Below are positions 51,873 to 61,665 of a stretch of DNA of 64,000 nucleotides, one piece after another. A program made the position numbers and the translations under genes. The stretch is from a virus, in IMG/VR virus record IMGVR_UViG_3300023301_000006, positions 8,424 to 72,423 of that record. One strand, given 5' to 3'. Within the stretch, counting starts at the first letter, position 1; each line of letters starts with the position of its first letter. Below the pieces are notes generated by a model. It was not told where the DNA came from and made no database searches. It worked only from the letters and a program-made list of their open reading frames with translations.

Positions 51873-52316
51873 TTATGCCTCCTCGTAATACGCGTAGTCT
51901 AATAATTCAAAGTTTTTTAACGTCTTTACTACTTCAGAAGTTTCAAGACCAAGACTGTGAAATGTAATAACTAGTCCATGGTACAGAACCTTATAGTCAC
52001 AAATTACGAACTTACCGTCATACTTAGCATATACTTTCGCCCCTGACCTAATGTTTTCCATAGCAGTCTTAAAATCAATTTCTTCATACTTCTTATTCTC
52101 TAGTAACTCTAATTGATTTTCTTTTGCGTACAATACATTATAAATTAATCCACCTCTCTTTGAATGAATGATAATTCTAGGGTATACTTCTACAAAATCT
52201 GCTTCACGAGAGTCAATATCCAACATATCACAATAATCTGCCCACACTTCCCATGGAAAATCACTCTTGAGAATAGTAAATACTCCATTTCTCTTACTTT
52301 TACGAATATTATCCAT
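51873..52316 (-). CDS. hypothetical protein with a YEEA tail
   Basis: ORF track. Confidence 0.6.
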   Translation of the reverse strand: MDNIRKSKRNGVFTILKSDFPWEVWADYCDMLDIDSREADFVEVYPRIIIHSKRGGLIYNVLYAKENQLELLENKKYEEIDFKTAMENIRSGAKVYAKYDGKFVICDYKVLYHGLVITFHSLGLETSEVVKTLKNFELLDYAYYEEA

Positions 52317-52340
52317 TTGACACCTACTTCCTTTTTATAA

Positions 52341-52619
52341 TTATAATTTACTATCTCTAAATGCAAGTTCAGGGGAGAAGAATTCTTCATATCTCTTTTT
52401 CCCCATCAATTGAGATACTCTCACTGGTTTAGTGTTAGACTTCAAAGAGTCAAATTTTACCGCAAACCCACCCAATTCTATTCTATCTGGGGCGTTATAG
52501 CAACTTCCCTCTTTCTCAGGTTCTTCCATAGAAACCATTGCACAGTTGTGAGTTTTCCATACCCATTCGTATCTGTCTTTTAGCAATTTTAGTAACAGAT
52601 ATTCATTTTTAGTTAGCAT
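52341..52619 (-). CDS. hypothetical protein
   Basis: AAGGAGG RBS. Confidence 0.6.
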   Translation of the reverse strand: MLTKNEYLLLKLLKDRYEWVWKTHNCAMVSMEEPEKEGSCYNAPDRIELGGFAVKFDSLKSNTKPVRVSQLMGKKRYEEFFSPELAFRDSKL

Positions 52620-52639
52620 ATTAATCCTCCTTTTTTCCG

Positions 52640-53326
52640 TTATATTACCTCCTTGTAAAACGTATGGTCGGATAAATCACAAAAATTATAAATTTTATCA
52701 CTCCCCAAGCACTTCACAGGTGCATATCTATCGTATTTACACATATAAACCCTAACTAACTCAACCCCCACACCATCTTCTTTTATAAATACATTGCTTT
52801 CTTTAGATAAATACTCACTTTCTGAAATTTTTAAAAAGGCTTCTTTAAAACTTATTTGTTTATACTCTTTGGCTTTTTTAAATGCTATGTTGCCTTTTAG
52901 CAACCCGATTAACACACTTAGTTCATTGACCTCTTTTAGAGGTATTGACTCAGTACCAAAGCTAATACTGGAATATATTCTATCATCACCTACCCACCAG
53001 TCGTAATCTGAGTATTTGTGGTCTAACAACTTTATTCTTCCGCCACACTCTATTCCATTGTCTAATCTGAATTGCTCAACATAGTTTTTTCTCATTACCT
53101 CCTCAATTATTTCTGTCCAAGTATCAACAGCCCCTACAATTGTGCCATCAGGATATGATATTTCAAAGTAGAGCATGCCAGACGAAAACGGCATAGAGTG
53201 TTTTACTTTAGATATAGTGCCTATTTTTCCCTCAAACTCTCGCATTTCCTTGTTGAATAATTCCTTTTCTTCGTCTAATACGATTTTTACTTTTCTACCT
53301 ACTAATACTTCTTTCATAGTATTCAT
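52640..53326 (-). CDS. multi-module protein with a family-A-like N-terminus and a YKEVI tail
   Basis: VGRKVKIV...MREFEGKIGTI; ends FYKEVI. Confidence 0.65.
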   Translation of the reverse strand: MNTMKEVLVGRKVKIVLDEEKELFNKEMREFEGKIGTISKVKHSMPFSSGMLYFEISYPDGTIVGAVDTWTEIIEEVMRKNYVEQFRLDNGIECGGRIKLLDHKYSDYDWWVGDDRIYSSISFGTESIPLKEVNELSVLIGLLKGNIAFKKAKEYKQISFKEAFLKISESEYLSKESNVFIKEDGVGVELVRVYMCKYDRYAPVKCLGSDKIYNFCDLSDHTFYKEVI

Positions 53327-53507
53327 CTCCTATTCATTAAACAAGTATTCTGTAGTTACAATGACCACAGAAGATTACTTCATTATAGTCCCATAGTGAT
53401 GTGTCATCATATTGTATTAAGCTACCACAGTGTCTACAGGTCACCGTTTTTATTAAGCGTATGTGGTTAAAACCTTTACTGTCATGATATTTCCTCCTTT
53501 TGTAAGA

Positions 53508-53744
53508 TTAACAATCCTTATATATTATATTTAATTTTGTTCTTACATAATAGTTATAGTGAAATAATTGAAACATTTGGATTCCATAGGTAGTAGAATC
53601 GTTTATTTCAAAAAGAAGGTATTCGTCAAACGTCTCGCTATACTTTACCACATATTTTTCCTCACGGTACTCAACAAAAGTTTCCAACCCATGGTTTAAC
53701 CTTTCAAACATTTCTCTTGACGGTATTTTATGGTATTCAGTCAT
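53508..53744 (-). CDS. hypothetical protein
   Basis: Promoter, AAGGAGG; ends IIYKDC. Confidence 0.6.
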   Translation of the reverse strand: MTEYHKIPSREMFERLNHGLETFVEYREEKYVVKYSETFDEYLLFEINDSTTYGIQMFQLFHYNYYVRTKLNIIYKDC

Positions 53745-53988
53745 TTTGTTTTCCTCCTTTTTTTATCTTCTATATATATTATATCACCAAATGAAGGATT
53801 TTTCAAGGACAATCTGTAGATTTCCATCGTGGGTGGGGGACTACTACCAGCGTGTAAGGTGGGGGAGTTACGAATAGTCAATGAATGTGTGTGGTGAATT
53901 ATGGAAAATAAGGTGAAAATGAGGGTGGTTTATCGACACCACTCCACTGTGGAATAAACATTAATTACCAAATTTTTACTGCCTCCCT

Positions 53989-54040
53989 CTATTTATATCT
54001 ATTTATATCTATTTAAAGACTATTTAAAGACTATTTCAGA
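53989..54040. repeat. AT-rich 10-11 bp repeats (putative DNA unwinding element)
   Basis: CTATTTATAT x2, CTATTTAAAGA x2, CTATTTCAGA next to the iterons. Confidence 0.65.
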
Positions 54041-54097
54041 GAAAACGCCACTCCCCATAAACCCTTCTATAGCCTCATCTATTGGGGTTTCAATAAT

Positions 54098-54202
54098 TAG
54101 TTAAACGGAAAATATAACTAGTTAAACGGAAAATATAACTAGTTAAACGGAAAATATAACTAGTTAAACGGAAAATATAACTAGTTAAACGGAAAATATA
54201 AC
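54098..54202 (+). repeat. five perfect 21-bp iterons (plasmid-type origin)
   Basis: TAGTTAAACGGAAAATATAAC x5 with no spacers, directly upstream of the rep promoter. Confidence 0.9.
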
Positions 54203-54219
54203 TTATTCGGAAAACGCAC

Positions 54220-54248
54220 TTGACAAATTCCGTATGTTGTGATACAAT
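54220..54248 (+). promoter_or_regulatory. rep promoter
   Basis: TTGACA-N17-TACAAT with extended TG. Confidence 0.75.
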
Positions 54249-54267
54249 ATAAATAGGAGATGATAAT

Positions 54268-54987
54268 ATGAACAACTTAGATGTAGTCAAGCACGGTAGC
54301 TTGATAGACGCAACGTCAGAGAAACCCTTTTCACAATTTGAACAACAGTTTATAGCAGAGGCACTGTCAAAGATTTCTATGGAGGACAATGAACTGAAGG
54401 ATACGGAGATAGACGTAGATGAACTTTACGAAGAGTGTTTTGGAGGTGTTCCGTCAGGGGTCACTAAGAAAAAGGCTTATGGAGCCCTAGAGGGATTGAC
54501 AGAGAAAAAGATAACGATACATGTAAATGGACTAAAAAGGAAAGAGAGAGCATCATTCTCGTGGCTCAGCTTGTTCGTATATGACAAAGTTACAGGCAAG
54601 GCTACAGCCCATATTAACAAAGATGCAGCAATATATTTGTTGAATCTTGACGATAATTTCACAAAGATAAAAAGGGAGATATACATGCTAATGAGTAATA
54701 CTTATGGTACAAGACTCTTAGAACTCATGAGTAAGGTATATGGTGCTGTGAATGAGAGACTCTTTACAATAGAAGAATTGAGAAAACTGCTTCATGTGGG
54801 GGACAGGTATCCGAGTAACTACGACCTTAAGAGATATGTAATAGAGCCAGCCATCGAAGGAGTGAATGAACTAGCAGACTTTGTATTAAGTTATGAACAG
54901 ATTAAAACAAAAAGGAGAATATCACACTTCAAATTTACAAAGCACAAGAAGAAAGATTTAGATGAGCACAAGCCTATAGAGTTTTAA
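54268..54987 (+). CDS. repB: plasmid replication initiator (Rep_3/RepB family)
   Basis: FSWL, YLLNL..NFT, SNTYGTRLLELM, FTIEELRKLL, DLKRYVIEPAI..VN; adjacent iterons. Confidence 0.88.
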   Translation: MNNLDVVKHGSLIDATSEKPFSQFEQQFIAEALSKISMEDNELKDTEIDVDELYEECFGGVPSGVTKKKAYGALEGLTEKKITIHVNGLKRKERASFSWLSLFVYDKVTGKATAHINKDAAIYLLNLDDNFTKIKREIYMLMSNTYGTRLLELMSKVYGAVNERLFTIEELRKLLHVGDRYPSNYDLKRYVIEPAIEGVNELADFVLSYEQIKTKRRISHFKFTKHKKKDLDEHKPIEF

Positions 54988-55210
54988 CAGCTCCATTTGT
55001 GTGTATCCACAACGCACCGTAGAAAGGAGGTCCACACCACTTTACACAGCTTAGTAACTACTGCTTTTGTTGACACCCTACCTTAACAATAAGGGTGTAT
55101 TTAGCATACAAAGAATACAGTAAAGGTGAATCAAATCCTTACAAGCTCAATGATTTCCTTACAATGCCTCGGAATAGTTTTGTAAATAAAAAATAACCTC
55201 CGTTAAGAGG

Positions 55211-55450
55211 TTACATAATTCCTAATACTTTAAATACAAAAGATACAACAGCCCCTATAAATAAAATGGGGATTGTGAACGCCAGAAAGGATATTATATT
55301 ATCCATCAGTTTGTCAAATACATTCGACCAATTAGTGTTTATAATGAATGCTTCATACATTTCTTCAAAGGCAAAGACTATCAACATAGCCAGAGAGCCA
55401 ATTACAAAAAGTGAAAGAAGAGAATTTAATATGGACTCTATAGCAGCCAT
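55211..55450 (-). CDS. two-TM membrane protein (tandem trio)
   Basis: Hydrophobic pattern shared with the next two ORFs. Confidence 0.6.
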   Translation of the reverse strand: MAAIESILNSLLSLFVIGSLAMLIVFAFEEMYEAFIINTNWSNVFDKLMDNIISFLAFTIPILFIGAVVSFVFKVLGIM

Positions 55451-55674
55451 AACATATCAAACCCAAACAAGTGTAAGATGAATCCCACTATAAAGCCAAT
55501 GGACGCAAGACACAACGTAACAATAATTGTACTAAAGAGAGCAAGTATAGTAGCATATAGGAACGTTCCTACCCATTCCAACGCTTCTACGTAATTAAAG
55601 AGTCCTCTTATGATAAAAAATATCAGGACCACTATAATCCCTAGCCCCATGTATAAAACAATTAAATCTATCAT
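55438..55674 (-). CDS. two-TM membrane protein
   Basis: Start after GGAGG; ends IGFIVGFILHLFGFD. Confidence 0.6.
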   Translation of the reverse strand: MIDLIVLYMGLGIIVVLIFFIIRGLFNYVEALEWVGTFLYATILALFSTIIVTLCLASIGFIVGFILHLFGFDMLWLL

Positions 55675-55780
55675 GTGTACCTCCATTCCTAAGTTTTTCG
55701 CATAATTGTATATGCTAGAACACCCAAAAGCCCAATTAATGTATATGAAACAACAACAATGTACATAGGGACTTCCTGTG

Positions 55781-56014
55781 CTATCCAATCCAAAAGTAAT
55801 CAACTCCAAACAAGTATAAGATGAACCCTACGGTGAGTCCAATTGTCATAATGGCTCCTATGGCTACCATAACTATAAATATCCCTAAGGCAACGTCTTT
55901 AAACGATACTATCCAACGATAGTGGTCACTTACATAGTCAAAGATTTCCCCCAACACAAAATACGCTATCACACAGGCAAGACCCAGAAATGTAATTTTA
56001 AAAAGTATTCCCAT
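55781..56014 (-). CDS. two-TM membrane protein
   Basis: Ends IGLTVGFILYLFGVD, paralog of the previous ORF. Confidence 0.6.
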   Translation of the reverse strand: MGILFKITFLGLACVIAYFVLGEIFDYVSDHYRWIVSFKDVALGIFIVMVAIGAIMTIGLTVGFILYLFGVDYFWIG

Positions 56015-56063
56015 ATATACTACCTCCTTAGTTTAGACAAGAAAAAGTAACCCCCTGGAGGGA

Positions 56064-56354
56064 TTACTCAGTGTCTTCATCTTCTTCATCAACGTCGTCA
56101 TCTTCATCTTCATCTTCAGCAACTTCGTCTTCAACTTGTTCAGTCAATCTCTCAATAGACTCAGCTTCAAAATCCACTTTAGCCTTCTTAAGGATTACCT
56201 TAACGATTACGTGCTCTTTAGTCTCAACATCTTCCATTAGCATACCTTGCTTAACGTTGCCAAGAATAGCGAAGCCCTCGAATTCTACTTTGGAGATAGT
56301 GTCGTAAATTGCATTTCTCTTAAGTTCATTTGCAGTTATTTTTCTTTCAGCCAT
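56064..56354 (-). CDS. NELKRN family protein, copy 1
   Basis: TANELKRNAIY...VKQG...KVILKK, acidic tail. Confidence 0.72.
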   Translation of the reverse strand: MAERKITANELKRNAIYDTISKVEFEGFAILGNVKQGMLMEDVETKEHVIVKVILKKAKVDFEAESIERLTEQVEDEVAEDEDEDDDVDEEDEDTE

Positions 56355-56442
56355 TAGTTAGCCACCCTTCATATTGTTTTATGTTACAAGAGACAGAACC
56401 ATTCTATCCCCCACTTCTATAGGTACATCATTATAGACTATA

Positions 56443-56694
56443 TTATGTGTAAAAGTCCAAGCAATCTGTGGAACCATCTTCAAATGTAACCTTGATAAGC
56501 CCAATCATATACTCAATCTTTCTGACATTTTCTTTGATTTCTTCAACCTTACCATCTGTGAAATTAATAACCAGTGAATCGTAAGTTCCTACAATAGTCT
56601 CAACTGTTCCACTTCTGACATTACTCAAGTTGCCCTGGTAGTTACATAGGACATCAACTCTCTTACCAACAAATCTATTTAAGTTTTTAGTCAT
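56443..56694 (-). CDS. small beta-rich protein (LDF-tail family)
   Basis: Paralog of 57941..58189. Confidence 0.7.
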   Translation of the reverse strand: MTKNLNRFVGKRVDVLCNYQGNLSNVRSGTVETIVGTYDSLVINFTDGKVEEIKENVRKIEYMIGLIKVTFEDGSTDCLDFYT

Positions 56695-56947
56695 AGTATT
56701 CTCAACCCCTTTTTTTATTTTCTTTCTATACTTATATTATATCATTAGACTAACAATTTTGCAACAACAATTTTAATTCATTTCTAATTTGCTTTTTTTA
56801 TGAGTATACCGAAAATACTATTAATGTTATTATAGCCATTATAATCATATACACAACTGTTCCTCCTGTCATATTATTACCTCCTTTTTTTATTTTCTTT
56901 CTATACTTATATTATACCACCAAAGGAACAATTCTACAAGAACAATT

Positions 56948-57151
56948 TTATTTAAATGTAATCTTGACTTGTCCCAATAGCAATTCTTTAAGGAGTGCAG
57001 AGTCTTTCCATCCGCTTGAGTTAGGCTTGTAATATTGCAGTCCTGTGTTGTTGATTCTATAGAAGTATCTCCTACCCTCAATTCCAAATTCCTGATTCTT
57101 TTCCACAGCAAGGGTCTTTAGTGCTTCGTCTAACAATTCATTTGACAGCAT
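56948..57151 (-). CDS. hypothetical protein
   Basis: Own promoter and AAGGAG. Confidence 0.6.
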   Translation of the reverse strand: MLSNELLDEALKTLAVEKNQEFGIEGRRYFYRINNTGLQYYKPNSSGWKDSALLKELLLGQVKITFK

Positions 57152-57577
57152 TCTAACCAGCTCCTTTTATTTTTTATTTTCTTTCTATACTTATATTATA
57201 TCACCAGATGAACAATTTTGCAACAACAATCTGTGTCTAGTTTGCCTTACAGCTCCATTATTCGTGTAAGCAAACCCTTACAGGTCCTATATGTGCTTAC
57301 AGCTCCAATATACGAGTAGACAGAGGGGTGGATACCACCCATTTATACAGGATGAGGCTATTGCAGGTTCTCTCAGCTCCAGTCACCGTAAGAAAAGTTT
57401 ACTTTAAATTTACAATAAGGGTGCAGGAAAATTGTTGAATGTAATGTTTTCTATACGTTGGTAAGGGAAACCTTACAAATCCCGGGTGCTTTACATAATC
57501 CTTACAAACGAGGACCGGTCCCAATTGTAAAGTTTTCCTTACAAATGTAATCAAAAAAAAAGCAACCCTTGTAAGGG

Positions 57578-57841
57578 CTACTCTTCTTTTGTATCTTCTT
57601 CCTTATCCTTTGTATCTTTTTCCTCAACTTGTACGGTTGGACGTTCGATACTGTTGGTTTCAAAGCTAACCTTTGTTTTCTTAAGGATTACCTTAATAAT
57701 CACATCTTCTTTGTCATCTTTACTTCTCATAAGAATTCCTTGCTTTACATGACCAATTGCATTGTAATCTTCAAAGTCAGTTTGTGCGATAGTTTCGTAA
57801 AGTCCGTTTCTCTTAAGTTCGTTTTTTGTAAGTTTTCTCAT
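57578..57841 (-). CDS. NELKRN family protein, copy 2
   Basis: LTKNELKRNGLYETIAQ. Confidence 0.72.
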   Translation of the reverse strand: MRKLTKNELKRNGLYETIAQTDFEDYNAIGHVKQGILMRSKDDKEDVIIKVILKKTKVSFETNSIERPTVQVEEKDTKDKEEDTKEE

Positions 57842-57940
57842 AGTGTTTACACCCCTTTACAATTCTGGAACAGAACCTTTTTTCTGTTCCTTTTCTATAC
57901 TCTTATTATACATCTTTTTTGCCATTTTGTCAAGACTTTT

Positions 57941-58189
57941 CTAAAAGAAATCTAAAAAAGTTTGAGAGCCGTCATTGTACGTAATTCTTACAAAGTTACT
58001 GAAATATCCGATTTCTCTTACATTTGTTTTATACTTCTCACGTCTGCCGTCTCGATATCTTACATCTAAGCTTTCATTTGTACCTTCCATTGTACAAACT
58101 GTACCAGTTGTAACGATTAGCATTTTTCTACCTGTGTAAAGTACAACGTCCATTTCCTTACCTAAAAATCTTTCAAAATTCTTTTCCAT
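57941..58189 (-). CDS. small beta-rich protein (LDF-tail family)
   Basis: Own promoter; paralog of 56443 and 26666. Confidence 0.7.
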   Translation of the reverse strand: MEKNFERFLGKEMDVVLYTGRKMLIVTTGTVCTMEGTNESLDVRYRDGRREKYKTNVREIGYFSNFVRITYNDGSQTFLDFF

Positions 58190-58546
58190 AATATTTTCCC
58201 CCTTTGTTCTATACTTATATTATATCAAATTATTTTCGACTTGTCAAGAGAAAACTTTTTTTATTTTCTGACCAGTCTTTTTTTATTTCCTTTCTTGCTA
58301 TGCTTATATTATATCAGATTGCCCCAAAAAAGTCAAGGAATTTCTTTGTCTAGTTTATATTTTCTTTGTATACAGCTCCTAATTTTGTTAAGTAATACCT
58401 TACACGGAGTTTTTTTATATTGAGACCTTACATAATCCTTACAAAGGGTCCCGGGTTCGAACTGTAAAGTATTCCTTACAAGTGTAAACAAAAAGAAAAG
58501 CAAGGTTTCCCTTACTTTAATAAGATTAGTGGAATTAATGTATTTT

Positions 58547-59089
58547 TTATAAATTTAGACGAGAAATATCAAGTTTTCCTTCTTCCAATGGGAAGAACCC
58601 TTGTTCTTCTAGTTCTTCATACACAAGCTCATTAATTTCACGTTCTGTAAAGTCTTCTATATTTGATAAAAATATTTCGATATTTGTTTCCATTTCTAGA
58701 TGGTGGTTCATAAAAGTAACAAGGAAAGCTGATGTTATTTCTTTTTCTACAATCTCATAAGCTTGTCCTGTTTTTCTTATGTTTATTTCTACATCACTTA
58801 CATATATATCTGTAATTATAGAGTCTTTTTCAAAGTATTCTGCAATTGTATCTTGATTTAACTCAGTTATACCGAAATTTCTAAATCTGGACCCATCTGT
58901 AAAAACCCCACAATATTTCTGACTATAAGCTCCTTGACTTACAAATGTCCACGTTTGACCGTTTACTGTAACTGTGTAACTTTCACGACCACCTACCATA
59001 GCATCAAAAATTCTTTCAATTAAATCTTCTCTTGTGATATCCTTTGATTGTTCATCTTTAATTATTTTTACTGTTGTCATAATTTTCAT
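58547..59089 (-). CDS. hypothetical protein
   Basis: Promoter cassette, MKIM start. Confidence 0.65.
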   Translation of the reverse strand: MKIMTTVKIIKDEQSKDITREDLIERIFDAMVGGRESYTVTVNGQTWTFVSQGAYSQKYCGVFTDGSRFRNFGITELNQDTIAEYFEKDSIITDIYVSDVEINIRKTGQAYEIVEKEITSAFLVTFMNHHLEMETNIEIFLSNIEDFTEREINELVYEELEEQGFFPLEEGKLDISRLNL

Positions 59090-59163
59090 CTCCTTTTCTT
59101 CTATACTCTTATTATATCATACCTTGACTATCTGTCAAGGGTTTTTTTAAATTCTTTTGTAAA

Positions 59164-59430
59164 CTATACTATACACAAATGGTGTGGTGAAAATTCCAAA
59201 CACTCTGCCAACATTTTTTCATTTCTTGTTATTTCTGCCTTAAGCATTTCAATTCTTTCTTCTAATTCGTCTTCTGTTACTTCTTGAATTCCCATTTCCA
59301 TATGAGAATGTCCTCTAAATGCGTCTTTTTCATCTTCTGCTTTAATGTAGGCAACTGTTTCGCCCACGCCGTAACCCTTCATTTCGTCTGTGTAATGGTA
59401 TATTTTAAATAATTTTGTCATAATTTTCAT
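59164..59430 (-). CDS. hypothetical protein
   Basis: Promoter cassette, MKIM start. Confidence 0.65.
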   Translation of the reverse strand: MKIMTKLFKIYHYTDEMKGYGVGETVAYIKAEDEKDAFRGHSHMEMGIQEVTEDELEERIEMLKAEITRNEKMLAECLEFSPHHLCIV

Positions 59431-59481
59431 CTCCTTTTTTCTATACTCTTATTATATCATATCTTCTTAAATTGTCAAGCT

Positions 59482-59730
59482 TTATTTTAAGATTTTAATA
59501 ATTATTAAATAATCAACTTGCAAGTCATACGGATTATAGTCTACGGCTTTTTTAAACATTTCAGAAACTTTCATTCCTTTGTTGAATTTTTTTTCACCGT
59601 ATTCTAATTTTCTAGTAAGTCTATTATTTAAAAACTCTTCTTTAGTCATCATTGCTAATAGTACATTTATACCTTCATATTTCTGAGAAAAAACATTAAG
59701 AATTTTTCTGTACTTTCTATCGCTTATCAT
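59482..59730 (-). CDS. stand-alone copy of an internal segment of 20949..22016
   Basis: SDRKYRKILNVFSQKYEGINVLL...YNPYDLQ nearly identical to about residues 53-127 of that protein. Confidence 0.7.
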   Translation of the reverse strand: MISDRKYRKILNVFSQKYEGINVLLAMMTKEEFLNNRLTRKLEYGEKKFNKGMKVSEMFKKAVDYNPYDLQVDYLIIIKILK

Positions 59731-59918
59731 AATATCTACCCCTTTTCTTCTTCTTCTGTACCTTAATTATACCACAATCAAAACCATTGTCAAGCTTTAT
59801 TTCACATTTATTTGTGTAAATTTTACCTTACAAAACGCCCCGGGTTGGGATTGTAAAGTATTCCTTACATATGTAAACAAAAAAAGTACCAGACGCTATG
59901 TCCAGTACTCTTTATAAA

Positions 59919-61034
59919 CTATTCTTTTTTCACACTTTTGATAACTTTTGTAATTTTTTCTTTACTTTTGTTTAATGTTTTCATTAAGTTTTCTTTAAAA
60001 TTCTTAAGCTTTGTTTTTACTACTACCTTTGTAGCCAAAGATTTAATTCTGTCTTGATTTAAATACAGTACGAATGCCAAACCTAAAAGCCCAATTGTTA
60101 TCTGTCGCTTACTTAAATTACTTACTTTTGTTTTTAACTCTGCTTTATAGTTCCAAATATTAAATTCTTCATCAAAATCAAATCCAGTTAATTCAAAAGC
60201 GATTAAACCAATAGGTAAAATTGTTTTAAACGTTTTGGACTTTACAACTTCTTCAAAATTAACTTCAGAAAGCTTTGAGGTTATTAAATGAAAGTTATCA
60301 TTGATTAACTCTTCAACGTTCCCAGTTCTAAAGCTATTAAACAAAGTCATAAATAAATTTACGATTGGATTAATTCCACCGTCATACTCAAAAGGTGTTA
60401 TAAGCTTTTTAAAAGTTTTGTTTCCTAAGATATCTATAGTTGGTGCGATTGTTTTAACTTGTTCACTAGAATAACTAATTGCAATTACTTCATTCTTTTC
60501 TATTCGTCTAACTCTCAATAGTTCGCCGTCCATTGATTTTACTGTATCGTTAGATTGAATATCTTTAATAGTTGTAGGAATTAAAACTCCCACAGGAATA
60601 TTCTTAATAAATTCAGTACCCTTTGTTTTTACCATACCGTCAACAGATTTTGAATATGTCTTGCCATAAAATGACAATCCAGTTGGTGTTAAAGCTACAT
60701 TTTCATCATTTACCAAAAACTTACTAATATTACCCAATACATTTTTCATAATTTTTCCCCCTATTTTTTTATTTATCATATCATTTTCTGTATCATCTTG
60801 AAACATGTCATCTGTCCAAGTATGTCCATAAATTGTACCAAAAGGTTGTCTTAACTGATACCCATATAAATTTACTTTCCTAATCGTTGCTGAGTCCCCA
60901 GAATAACGTTCAATCATTTTCTCGTTTGCTTTTTCTGAATGGTCTCCGTCGTCCATATAATAAAAGTCTTGAGTATTTAAATCTGTTCTAATTTTCACTT
61001 GGTCCCCTACTTTTAAGTTTCTCATAATTTTCAT
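59919..61034 (-). CDS. protein with a family-A-like N-terminal domain and C-terminal hydrophobic segments
   Basis: LKVGDQVKIR...WTDDMF; possible internal start at 60749. Confidence 0.65.
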   Translation of the reverse strand: MKIMRNLKVGDQVKIRTDLNTQDFYYMDDGDHSEKANEKMIERYSGDSATIRKVNLYGYQLRQPFGTIYGHTWTDDMFQDDTENDMINKKIGGKIMKNVLGNISKFLVNDENVALTPTGLSFYGKTYSKSVDGMVKTKGTEFIKNIPVGVLIPTTIKDIQSNDTVKSMDGELLRVRRIEKNEVIAISYSSEQVKTIAPTIDILGNKTFKKLITPFEYDGGINPIVNLFMTLFNSFRTGNVEELINDNFHLITSKLSEVNFEEVVKSKTFKTILPIGLIAFELTGFDFDEEFNIWNYKAELKTKVSNLSKRQITIGLLGLAFVLYLNQDRIKSLATKVVVKTKLKNFKENLMKTLNKSKEKITKVIKSVKKE

Positions 61035-61335
61035 TTTCCTTTCTTCTTCTTCTGTACCTTAATTATACCATATTATAGCAAGTTGTCAAGGACTTTCTTC
61101 AAATTCTTTTTTTATCTTTGTCCCTTTGCTATACTTATATTATATCACAATTGAGGACTCTGTCAAGTGTTAAATTTAAGTTTATTTGTGTAAATTTTAC
61201 CTTACAAAATGCCCCGGTTCCGAATTGTAAGGTTTTTCTTACAAATGTTTTATTACAAGGGAAAAGCCCCTACTTATGTAAGGGCTAAAAGGGAAAAACT
61301 TTGTTTCGTATACACACCTTTAAGTATGTAATGTA

Positions 61336-61410
61336 TGGCGTACCTGGTAGGACTCGAACCTACATACCCTTGATTAACAGTCAAGTGCTAAGCCTTTTAG
61401 CTACAGATAC
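61336..61410 (-). tRNA. tRNA-Asn(GTT), second copy
   Basis: CTTGA-CTGTTAA-TCAAG, GCCA end. Confidence 0.88.
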
Positions 61411-61416
61411 AAATTT

Positions 61417-61494
61417 TGGTTGCTGTGGTTGGACTCGAACCAACATATGACAGTCTATAAAACCGTTTAGGAAACCATTATCCCAACACTCGCA
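61417..61494 (-). tRNA. tRNA-Ile(TAT)-like with an irregular acceptor stem
   Basis: ACGGT-TTTATAG-ACTGT, T-arm GTTGG-TTCGAGT-CCAAC, ACCA end. Confidence 0.65.
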
Positions 61495-61665
61495 TTATGT
61501 AAGCGACTACTGACACGTGCCTCGAAGAACACAGTTTTCGTCGCTTTTGTAAATTATTTTCTATATACTGAACTGTCAAATAAAGCTTGAATTAATTTGA
61601 GAATGAACATTTACCAACCTCCTTTTCAATTGTAAGGTAATGAAGAAAGAAGTAAGGCTTTCGCC

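Noticed and set aside
54098-54202. CRISPR array
   Set aside because: The 21-bp units are contiguous with no spacers, no cas genes are visible, and a Rep gene follows, so they are iterons.
54090-54389. Minus-strand ORF with YIFRLTS repeats
   Set aside because: It is the antisense reading of the iterons and overlaps rep.
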